A stretch of DNA of 64,000 nt from the human T2T-CHM13v2.0 reference genome, Homo sapiens. Location: the NCBI RefSeq assembly GCF_009914755.1, contig NC_060939.1; one strand, 5' to 3'. Under the pieces are notes generated by a model, which was not told the origin of the DNA, did no database searches, and saw only the letters and a program-made list of their open reading frames with translations. A program made the translations under genes and the position numbers. Below, piece after piece: positions 16,226 through 30,976 of the stretch (its first letter is position 1; every line of letters begins with the position of its first letter).

Positions 16226-17234
16226 TTATTTGGAGTCTAATATGCTCTTTTCTTCCTAGCTTAAGGTGAAAGCCTCAATCACTGATTATTTTACCTTACT
16301 TTTCTAATTTAAGAATTTAAAGCTGTAAGTTTTCTCCTAAGTACTTCTTTATTTATATTCCCTAAGTTGTAATATGTTGTTTCCATCATCTTTCAGATCA
16401 AAAAACTTCCAAGTTACCCTTATGAAATTTTTTCAACTCATTAGTTACATATACATTTTATTTTTCAAATATGTGAGGGTTTCCCAGATATATCTGTTAA
16501 TTGATTTGCATTTAATTCCATTTTGATCAGACAATCCACTAAACTTTCAATCATCTGAATGACCATCCTGATACCTGAGGTTAGGGACATTAAAGTAGGC
16601 ACTGTCAGCATGGTGAGGGTAATTTAGGTGGAGTAAGCCCTCAGCCCTTCCCTGGCAATTGCTGATCCTTCATCTTGCTGATGCACGTCATATTCTCAAT
16701 CATCCCAAACAGGACTGAAGGCCAAAAGAATGGGTTCAAATTAAAGTTAGATTCTTCTTTTCTACCCCTGCTCTCCTTCTGCCATCTGATTCCTTCTTTC
16801 TAGGGCTCCTGTCATTTCTGGAAGTGAGCTGTAGCTCATGCTCCCCAAAACTTCAATTTTTCCTCACTCCTCTAATTTCCTCCCTGAGAAATTTCAGAGA
16901 AGAGCCACTTTGGAGAGAAGGCGAGAGCACCAGAAAGAAAGAGAAGGAGGAAAGGCCACAATACCTTTATGTCTTAATATTGAAGGTCACACACTGTAAC
17001 TTCTGCCACATTCCATTTCTTGGAAGCAAGTCACTAAGTACAGGACATGCCTTATGAAGGGGGCAGTATCAATTTGTGGACATATTTTAAACCACCAAAA
17101 TAATGTCAGATTTTTTACTTTAAACAGTCATTTTTTTAATTAAGAGAAGCCAAGAAAATATGTGTAGTCATTTATATTTTTATACATATTTATTAGTTCT
17201 GCCTTCTTTATTCCTTCCAGTAATTCATGCATGT

Positions 17235-17552
17235 ATCAGCAAACTAGAGTCCATGGCCTAAACCAAACCCACTGCCTGTTTTTTGTATGACCTATGACCT
17301 ATGAATGGCTTATATAGTTTTTAACTGAGGAGAAAAAGGAGAACATTTTTGTACCATGTGAAAATTGTTTGAAATTTAAGTATCAGTGTCCATAATAAAG
17401 CTTTATTGGAACACAGCTAAACTCATTTATTTATGTATTGTCTATGGCTCCCTTCACAGAAGAGATGAGTAGCTGCAACAGAAACCATACTGGCCTACAA
17501 AGCCTAAAATGTTTGCTGTCTGCTTTTTGCAGAAAAAATTTGCCAACCCCTA
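17235..17552. mobile_element. MER58B-like hAT element
   Basis: cagcaaact...aataaagctttattggaacacagc...tttgccaacccct. Confidence 0.7.
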
Positions 17553-18104
17553 CTATAGACCCAAGTTACGATCATGGGGTGATTTCCCTCGAGCCTGAAG
17601 AATTTCTATTATCATTTTCCATATAATACATATGTTGACAAATTCCCAGACTCTGTTAGTCTGAAAATGTATTTCACCTTCATTTTTGAAGGATACTTTT
17701 GCTACATGATAACAGGACATTGTGGATAACACATCATAGCAACAGTGGATACTGTTAGGTTCTTCTGAAGATTGTTAATTTTTCTTCTGTCAGTTAATCT
17801 GTCTGGACTCAAACTGCAAATACAGAAATTCTGGTTCAAATTTTTTTTGTGGGGGGGGGGATGTGACATATTAAACATGATTTTTTGACACCTTTTGGCC
17901 TCCATTATTTTTACTGAGAAGTCAAGTGTTAATTATCTCATTATTCCCCTGTATTTAATATGTGTATCTTTTCCAGGCTGCTTTCAAGATTTTCTCTTTA
18001 TCTTTGACATTTTAGCAGTTTATCTATAATGTGCCTAGGTGTAGTTTTCCTTCGTATTTACCCTGCTTTGTGGTCACTGATCTTCCTGGATCTGTAAGCT
18101 AGTG

Positions 18105-18332
<228 letters not shown>

Positions 18333-20674
18333 TAACCAAATAAGGGATGTTTTCTGCCACTGTCTTCAAATAATTTTCGACCCCTTTATCTCTCATTTCC
18401 TATGGGACTCCAACTAAGGCAGAAAGACTTCAGTTTTTCCCACACAAGCTAAGCACAGGCAGAAAATTTCCTCAGTTTTTCTAAAAAGCAGCAAACTTGC
18501 ATAGCTCAGCTATTATAGTTATGTCTTTCAAGGATTATCTCTTATTTGATTTCCACTTTTTTTTTTTTTTTTAATACGGTTCCTGGGGTCTTCCCTGCAT
18601 ACTCACAGCAGTCGCCAGGGATATGGGCAGAGTTCATACTTTAATTTGGGTTTTAGCCCTTTAGCAGCTCTCTCAGTCCCAGGATTTTCCTCCTAAACCC
18701 CAAGCTGCTCTGAAAGTCTTCTAACATAATAAGCCAGTATGGTGGTGGTGGTGGTGGTTTTCTATCTCTGAAACTATGCAAGTTAGGAAACCCCTTGTAT
18801 AAAAAGCTACAAATTCACAATTCTTACCCACTGCTTTACTACCTTTAAAGAATAAACTTTTCCCTACTTTCTGCCTACTTTTGGTCTTTTTCCAGTACTT
18901 TTAAATATTTGGTTATTTTAAAAATTTTTTTCCAGGTTTTATCACTGTTACTTGTGGGAGGATTCATTCACCTCACCAATTCACCACTACCTAAAGCTGG
19001 TAGTTCCGTTTTTTTTAAGAACAATTTCCAAAACTTGAATCTACAGTTTTACGTATAATAAAATTTATAACGTGATACCTTTTTATAATTAGTATATTGC
19101 TAATACTATCGTGGAAAATGGAATAAATTACATAAAATAATGGAAGAGCTCCAACGTCCACAAAAGTAGAAATTTGCAAGTGAACACACATAGACACACA
19201 ATTTCTTCATGCAGCCTATGCTGAAACTGGTGCCCTCCTATTCAAGATCCATATGTAGCTGGCATACAATCAGGTCTGGGGTTGTCAGGCTGGGTCATGA
19301 AAAAACAAAGCAAATAAACCATTTGCAACTATTTAAGAGTTAATAGAAATTAATTTAAGTGTTCCAAAATGTTTTATAGACTATTTTAAATAATGTCCCA
19401 TGGATTAAAAGACAGAATAGGAAGATGAATAACTGGAATGAGGATTTGTTACATTCCTCTTAGAAACAACAGCAACAATTAAGAATAATTTTAAGGATGT
19501 CTTTTTAAAACAAAACACTTACCTTTGTTCCTCTTAAAATGAGAAAATACTTTAAATACTGTTTTTCAAAACACATTACACACTTTTGTTTTAACCAAGA
19601 CAGCAATGGCAATTGAAAAAGAATCCACAACATTTGTTCTTAGGAATTCTACTTATATTCTCCTCTCACTGACAACTGGATAGTAAAATTTCATGGAATT
19701 TCAACCAGAAAACTGTGAAATTAGCAAACTAAATCAGTGGTAATTTATTAAAAGCTCAGAACAGATTATGTAGGTCCATTATACGCAAATTGCTGAGTTG
19801 TCTTTGAGTATTTTGAAGGATCCACTTATTCTCACAATAGCAGTGCCTCAATAATAGTAATCTTACAACTGGCAAAAGAATCAATTTTCATGCAGAATGA
19901 GTACAACAAATAAAGAGCAAGAAAGGAAACGGAGACCAAGGGCATCTTTTCACACCAATTTTATAAAAAAGCAAACAAAAAAGAACATGCACCATGATTC
20001 TGTTATTATTCCTCAAGCCAAAACATTAATGCGGTGGTTTTGCTCTAAACCAGACATAGGAAAGGCTGGCTGAAGCACTGCAATCAAACTAAGTGGATTT
20101 ACCAATGATACACAAAAATAACATTTGCTAATGTTGAAATTTCAAGCATAAGCAAACAGAAAAATCATCCAGATTTAGAAAGGGCTATGACAAAACTTTT
20201 TGGGAATGCTGAATATATTCATTATCTTGACTCTGGAGATAATTTCATGGGTGCCTACATACGTCAAAACTTACCAAATTGTTGTCTTTGCATTCAGTTT
20301 TTTACTTCAATTAGACCTCAATAAAGTTTTTTTTGTTGTTTTTTTTTTTATGAGCAGGAAAGAAAACATTGTTGATTCCTATCCATCACTTGGCTACTTG
20401 AAAGACAAATAGAAACCAATCCAGTGACTGTAACCAAGTATAATTAACAATCCAATGATCACAGGCAAACAGAAAAGTCACCAAAGTTAAAAAAGTATAT
20501 CAGTATTTTCAAAAGAAAGTACTAAAGACTCAATAGAAATATTCAAAGACTGCTCAGAGGTTTATGGAGGCCATGTTGCCCATACAATCTATATCCCACC
20601 CTGGTGTAGGATGCTCCTGGTTTCCATTTCCAAATGGATATGTGATAACAGTTTATCAGGATTTGTAGCCTTAC

Positions 20675-20794
20675 TGTACTTCTCTTCCTTGCATCTCTGC
20701 AGAATCTCTAAGCTCCTCTGGTGGACTGGGTGTTGGAGAAAGCTAAAACTATCCATACTTTTCAAAATTGCACATGGCGCTGTATCATCATGTC
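20675..20794 (-). CDS. MYO9A: MYO9A loop-2 exon, 120 nt, symmetric phase 1/1: (G)HDDTAPCAILKSMDSFSFLQHPVHQRSLEILQRCKEEKY(S)
   Basis: Long U-rich tract then cttcctaag|GA, donor ACA|gtaagg; open in the required phase; matches remembered human MYO9A peptide. Confidence 0.9.
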
Positions 20795-22643
20795 CTTAGG
20801 AAGCAAAAAAAAACAAACAAAAAAAAAAGGAGAAAAGAAAAAGACATTATATAAGCCCAAACCAACAGAGAATCAAGGACAATGCTGCCAACTATTTAAG
20901 GGTGTATAAAAATGTATCAAATAATAGAGGTTATATGTGAATGTCCAATTATTTTGAGGAAAATGCTTAAAAATAACAGGAAAAAATACAGGCATTTTTC
21001 AGATATTCAAAGTGTCCTTTTCAGTACTCAAAGTATTGTTAGTTAACACCATACTAGAAATTTCTCAATACAAGCAAAAATTCAAAAGCAATTTGTATGA
21101 TTTATTTTTTAAAAGGACTTATTTTTATCAGGTCTCAAATATAATTAACATATAGTTGGCAACACTGATGGAACCCCAAAGAGAAATATACCCAGAACAA
21201 TTTACTTAAACAATTCTTTCACAAATCCTGCAATTAACCACACTTGTAGGAATTCCAACAAGTGTGTCAATAATGAAAACATGAAGAAAAGCACCATAGA
21301 GCAGGAAAGCCCAGCAGCACTTCTGTACTTATAAATTTGAAAACAAAGCTGAAGACTCTGTACCTCATTATCACTTCTTAGGAAAATAGGATAGAAATCA
21401 GCTACCAGTGAAAAATAGAAGAGAGCACATTCAAGTAAAGACCAAAGCCCCAGATCAGTGTTATTTAAAGTGAGTACTTAGGAAATAAAGTGAATGGGAG
21501 ATGAGTGCCATAAATATTAGCAATAAAGAGTTTCCAGGCTTTAGGGTGGTGGTTGTATAACATTTATTCAGAGATCACCTCTAGAGTTAGGGCATAATGT
21601 TCAAATTTAAATAAGTTTGCTTTTAAAAAACAAAGTACATAATAATATAGAGGCAAATTAAGTAACACATTAAAATGAACTAAAGTTCTATTACTGCATT
21701 TTACTGTATAATTAGGAATGAGATACAACAGAACAATCTTTGGAAAAATCTCATAGCAGAATCATTTTAAAAGTTAAACAGTCTCATACTAATTCAAAGA
21801 GGTTTGTAGGGCATATTTTAGTCTCATTCTAATTCCCTAAATTGGATTTATATATCCAGAGAATAGGCAGCCATATTTGGCAATGGAGAGGGAATCTAAT
21901 ACCATAAATCATGTAATATTATACACAGAAAACAGGCTTTTAAAAAATAAAGTGAATTTGAAATATTTTTCATAATAAAAGTAACTAAACTAATAAAATA
22001 CTATATTATTTGTACAATACGAAAAGTCAATAGGTACAAAGGTTGAATGTTTCAAAAAGAGAAGTATAACCAAGCTTAACATCATTTCTTACTCAAAAGA
22101 TACCTCGATAAACATACTCTGTTCTCATTATTACCAGTAATCCCCCCTTGATGGATTGCTTGGAGAAAGAATGCTTAGGCCTTAAACTCCACTGCACTTG
22201 GTTTAGCAGTCAGCTGAAGGGGACCAGTTGAGGAAAAAACACCCAGTGAGTTCTAGTCAGACTCCATTCAAATTGTAAATTGAAGAAGTTATCACTAAAC
22301 AATCACGCCTTTCAACAGCTAATCTGATAATCAGCTAGTCAAAAATAATTCAAGAATATTATGTGTTAAAGTATTCTGTATAAGAGCTCAGGATATTAAA
22401 ATACACTAATTTATTATGTAGAGTTTTAAAAAATCAATCAACATTACTACAACCACCAAACTATTTTCTATTTCATCTAATAAACTGTGGCACTGCCATT
22501 TAAAAATGGGTATTTTTGTATCTGTGACTGCTTTGTCTCACCACCATGCCTAGATTAGTTTCTTTAACCTCTCTCCTGTTCTTTCATTCTGCTTTCTATA
22601 CCTTTTTACAGTTTTGAACGTTATTTTCCAGACTGTGACATAA

Positions 22644-23405
<762 letters not shown>

Positions 23406-24031
23406 TACTCATCATCAACTCTTAAAAGAGATTTATTTAGTATTTGCTTATGCTAGTTGCTGGACTGGTTGTGATGATAATTTCTTAGTTTGACATTATG
23501 CACCAAACACATAGTATAAATTCAGTCCCCATACTCATATATGGTGCAGATGTGGGGCATTGATTTTTTTAAAGGTAACTTCTTTTTAACCTTATCTAAG
23601 GCCTAACACAGATTGCTAAGGCTCCTCATTTTTTCTTATGCAGGACCAGCAATTTTCAATAATTTTTTTAGTGACAGAAAAGTTCCATAACTTTGAAGGA
23701 CTTGGACTATGTAACAGAGGCTCAGTCCCAGCTCCAAAGTATCATTCAGACCTTAGGCAATATCTTTGGCCCTATAAAAGTTTCTGTAATGTCAATTCAA
23801 AGGCCTTAAGGCCATTTTTAAAAGCCATATTTCACAAACATAAAATAACGCTTTTCTTAAGTACTCAGTTTGATGAATTTAAACAAACGTTTACATCCAC
23901 AAAATCCTGAATCAAGATAGAGAACATTTCTATCACCCCCCCAAGTTATTTTATCTCCCTTCCTATCAATACTACCCTTGCCCCTGATCCCACCAGAAGT
24001 AATCAAGTTCTGATTTGTCACAATTTATTAC

Positions 24032-24350
<319 letters not shown>

Positions 24351-24559
24351 TAAAGAAATAACACAGCATATATTCTTTCATATCTAGCTTTTTGCTGAGG
24401 ATTTTTTGTGACTCATTCATTCTGAGTATCAGTGGTTTGTTTCTTTTCATTGCTGAGTAATGTTACATGGTAGGAGTATATCACAATTTGGTCATCCATT
24501 CTTCCACTGATGAACATTCAGGAACTATTATGAATAAAAGCACTTTAGAATATTCTTTT

Positions 24560-26330
<1,771 letters not shown>

Positions 26331-26867
26331 AAAACCCTTATTCTTAATTGCCCTACTATACTGCCCAATACAGAAGTAATTTATAAAAAAAGTCCTTTTT
26401 TTTTTAACAAAAGTTTATTTAAATCTATTAAGTACTAGGAAGAATTGTGTACAGAGTACAGCATAGAGATTCTAGACTTATGGTGATACCCAAATCAATT
26501 TTAGTATCTGGTCATTTTTGAAAATAGATGGTCACTAGAACGCTTCTCCCACTTACATAAACAAACAGAAGTACATCAGAGTTACATAGTCTATTGAGTG
26601 GGATGAAGAAGAGAAACAGGTTCTGTGGAAAACCTTGAAGCTCTCTCATCTGCAGACACTATATAAAGGGTTTCAGCTTCTCTCTTTGTAGATGAAGAAA
26701 CTGAAAAATACTTTGGACCCTCTTGTTCACGTCTCATCCTGATGGCACAGCTGAATTACCCATCTTTGCCTAGCCTTTTTAGACTAGTTTAAATTCCTAT
26801 TTGGCTATACTTTTATTAATAACTCCAAAAGAATCAAATAAAGCATCATTGTACTCAGTTCTACATA

Positions 26868-26913
26868 CTGTATAATTCCCAGTCAGGTTATTTCTGTATA
26901 ATTCCCAGTCAGG
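26868..26913. repeat. 20-bp direct repeat, period 26 (ctgtataattcccagtcagg x2)
   Basis: Copies at 26868-26887 and 26894-26913. Confidence 0.85.
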
Positions 26914-28811
26914 GTGTTTCTTGACAATTAACTAAGAGTCCACTGAAGTTTTTAATTAAGATATCATCAAAGGAAATAAAAACATACTGTAATTCTGCAG
27001 ATTTCATCTTCTTTCTTCTTTAGAAAGTATTATCTTTGCCCTCTTATTCTCATATCCAACATCTAGAATTGGTCACCTCACCTTTTCTGCCTTTCATATT
27101 TTCTACTTCGTCTTAATCTGTAATTCCTATTTCATCTTAATATGACTGCATAATATTTACGGTCATTATAAAAATTCTGGATCTACCATTTAAACCATTT
27201 TTACAATCTGTTAGTTTTTACAGTGATACAATGTTCCAACTTTATAATATGTTTTTATCCTAAACCTACCAAAAGAGAGTAGGTAGGAAGCGGTGTGGAG
27301 AAAATAAAACGTTAGGGTGAATGCTGGCATTGACACTGATATATTGTAATATAAACAATTACTTTCGGAAACAAATCTGCTCAGGCTTCAAAATGCAAAC
27401 AAACTAGAGTTTTTCTTTTCCTTTATAAAAAGTAAAAATTTTAAAGTTTTTTCCAAGGAGAAATTTTGGGTGGCTGGAATGTTGTGTTTCTTAACCTAGG
27501 TGGTAGTTCCAGGGTTGTGTTTACTTTGTGGTACTCCACTGAACTATACATTTTTGCTTTGTGTACTTTTGTATATGCATGTTATGTTGAATACAAATTT
27601 TCAAAAAGAGATTATTATATGGAAGCTCTGTACTAGCCAGAAGGGAAAACAAGATTAGAAAATAAGGAATCTAGACTTTATCAAGGTAGAGAAAATACAG
27701 GTTGTTTATCATTAATAACATTGCATGTCATTGCCGATATTGATAATAACAGATATGTAACAACTAGCTTTCACAAATAATAGATTTTAAATGCCAAAGG
27801 AATATACAGATAATGTGAATAAAGTAAATAGGCTTTGACAGTAAATACAAGAAAAGTTTCTTCTCTTACTCAATTATGTCTTAGCAGGATGCTAATCAAT
27901 TTTGAGTGGTTTTCTTGATTAGAAGTTTGTCATAATAAACAAGAAAGCATCTTAAAGAAAAAAAATTTTCCTTAAAGCTTTTTACAAAGATAACCTCTTA
28001 GAAATCACTTTGTAAAAGGCAAAGCAGGTTTGAGATAGTCCTTTTATTTCTCTAATAAACTATAATTCTCCCTATACATCTACAAAGACCAGTTCAAATA
28101 CTTTACAATCTAAAAAATGGAAACTAGGTTCAATTATTTTACATGTATTTTTAGAAATACACTCTCTCAAATATATCTATTTGTCTCAAACATTTAAAAG
28201 CTAAACTTAAAAGTTTTACTACTAGTGCACATCCCAAAAAGCCACGTAAATCACTTTGGGAGTCCTGAAAGCACAGGTGAGCCCTATAACATTTCTACTG
28301 AAAGGCATAAATCTCAACTGCATATGTATCACAAAATCTTCTCTATGCAGCAATGGCCCTATCTAAGACTAGAGCTACAGCAAACAATAGTTTGGTTTCC
28401 AGTAGGCCAAAAGTGCTTATGAAGTTGCCCTCCCACAGAAAATGAGATGAGAGATTTTATGATTGAAGGGGGAGGCATACAGAAAAAGTATCCTGCTTTA
28501 TCTATTTCTAAATTTCAAAGTTTTTAAAAATCCATGAACTAAGAGTAAAGGAAAAGAAAATGAACACTTCATGAACAGATGCTCTGACTTTATCCTCATT
28601 ATTTTAAAGGCAGTATAACTCTTTTACAGAAAAGAAAAACTGTTCATAGTCACAAATCAGTTAAGAGATGACACTAGATTGACTACAGAAGCAGGATTTT
28701 TGTCCTTGAGAATCTCATAGCAAGAATTCTACTCCTTTTTGTGGAGAAGTAGAAAGGTAAAAAAAAAAAAAAAAGATGAAGTATGGTAGAATACTAATAA
28801 CTACTACTTAC

Positions 28812-29007
28812 CAGTTTTTCTGTGAATGTTTCTTTTCCCAGCTTCCCTGAAAGCAACCATGGCTCTGAAAAAAGCTCGGAGAATTGCCCATCGGAAAACA
28901 GCTACAGGATCAATTCCAATCATCCCAGAGATAAATGCATTCTTGCTGCTTCTCAGAAGAGCTACAATGTCTGGGCGCATATGATCTGTATTTTTTTCCC
29001 GGAAATC
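28812..29007 (-). CDS. MYO9A: MYO9A coding exon, 196 nt, phase 0/1: [65 protein letters not shown](G); start of class-IX loop-2 insertion
   Basis: Acceptor ttttcatatag|GAT, donor CTG|gtaagt; myosin F.EKN.D motif followed by class-IX FRWA.LRA segment. Confidence 0.96.
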
Positions 29008-29071
29008 CTATATGAAAAAAGTACCAGTGTTACTTATGGGAAAAAAAAATTATGAAAAACAAGATGACGGG

Positions 29072-29498
29072 TGATAACATACTTTGGATGCTTGTCCCTC
29101 CAAACCTCATATTGAAATGTGATTCCCCCATGGTGGAGATGGGGCCTGGTAGGAGGTGTTTGGGTCATGGAGGCAGATCCCTCATGAATGGATTGGGGCT
29201 CTCTTCAAAGTAATGAATGAGTTTTTGTTCTGAATTCACCAAAATCTGGTTATTTAAAAGTGTGGCACTCCTACTTCTCCATCTCTTGTTCCCTCTCTCT
29301 TGCCATGTGACACATGTGCTTCCACTTTGCCTTCCACCACAAGTAAAAGCTCTCTGAGGCTTCACCAGAAGCCAGGTAGATATCAGTGCTCTGCTTCCTG
29401 TACAGCCTGAAGAATCGTGAGCCAATTAAATCTCTTTTCTTTATAAGTTGCCCAGCCATAGGTGTTTCTTTATAGAAACATAAGAATGGACTAACCCA
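29072..29498 (+). mobile_element. Solo MST (MSTA/MSTB-type) MaLR LTR
   Basis: tgat...tttggatgcttgtccctccaaacctcat...gtgagccaattaaatctcttttctttata...aatggactaa; ~427 bp. Confidence 0.85.
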
Positions 29499-29649
29499 AG
29501 TGACATGTTTGAACAGTGGTTGAACAATGAGATAGAAGAAATGTCTGCTCCAGGTAGCTAACTGGACCGGGTATCTTCTATAAGGTCTCATCCAATCCTA
29601 AAACTATTGATTTCTATAATACATGTAAGTTAGAATAAATATTCTATAA

Positions 29650-30600
29650 TTTTATAGCAGCTTGTTAAACTCTGGTCAGGGACAGCCTCTCCAAAGAGGT
29701 ATCACATACAGCAACAGGAGAGCTGAATAACAAAAAGAAGCCAGAGATGAGAAAACTGGGAAGAGCAAGCAAGGGTAACACCTATAACCTATAGATGATG
29801 ATAAGCTGGACAAGTTAGGAGAAAAAGGATAAAAACCACAGGCTGGAGCACTGGGGACAAGGAGAAAGTGTGGAAGATTAGATAAATAAATAGGCTATTT
29901 AGACTCTGAACTTCAGTTGTTTGTTCAGATTTTATTCAAGTATAAAGGAAAGCCCTGGAAAGGTAACAACATGAGCTAACTGGTGTCTTATACATTGGTT
30001 GCTGCATAGGAAATGAATTATTCAAAGAAAGAATGGAAAAAAGGAGGCACAATATTAGAGTAAACCAGGTAAGAACTGCTAGTAACTTGGACTTGGTCAG
30101 TTGTAACAGCAGAAATAAAAAATAGCTATATTTGGGACATGTAAAGGCAAAAAACCTGCTGATTAATTAGGGTATGATGAGAAAATGAGGAAATCAGGTT
30201 AAAACTTACATTTTGGGGTTGGGTATTTAGTGGATGGAGATGCCATATACTGATAAGGAGAAGACTAGAGAAAGGAAAGTTATGAGGATAAGAAATGAAG
30301 ACCAAGAGATCAGTTTTTTCCAAGTGAAGTTTGGGCCAGTGAGGATAATAATAGTAGGTAACACTTGAGAGGTTAGTATGTGTCTGGCACTCTTCTAAGT
30401 ATTTTACATGTATTGTCTCATGTAATCTCATTTAATACTCCTAATAATCCTTTCAGATAGATATTACTACTCTCATTTTATAGATGAGAAAACTGAATCA
30501 GAGAGAGGTGAAATATCTTGGCTCCTATCACACAATAAGTGGAAGAGCAAGGGCTCAAAAACATTCACTCATAACCAAATGGATGTGTGAGTCTGGAGTG
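29650..30600 (-). mobile_element. L2 fragments with nested MIR (~30345-30560)
   Basis: cattttatagatgagaaaactgaa MIR core; L2-like purine-rich flanks. Confidence 0.55.
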
Positions 30601-30646
30601 CTAGGGAGATTTCAGAAATTATATTTGGTTATTATCACCATATAGA

Positions 30647-30976
<330 letters not shown>

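Noticed and set aside
21360-21395. Possible 13-nt microexon cctaag|AAGTGATAATGAG|gtacag (minus strand)
   Set aside because: Both splice sites are weak and the length frameshifts; indistinguishable from chance without RNA data
26545-26710. TATA-like ctatataaagg, weak hairpin and a possible 34-nt cryptic exon
   Set aside because: No CpG or promoter context, imperfect stem, weak donor; expected by chance in AT-rich DNA
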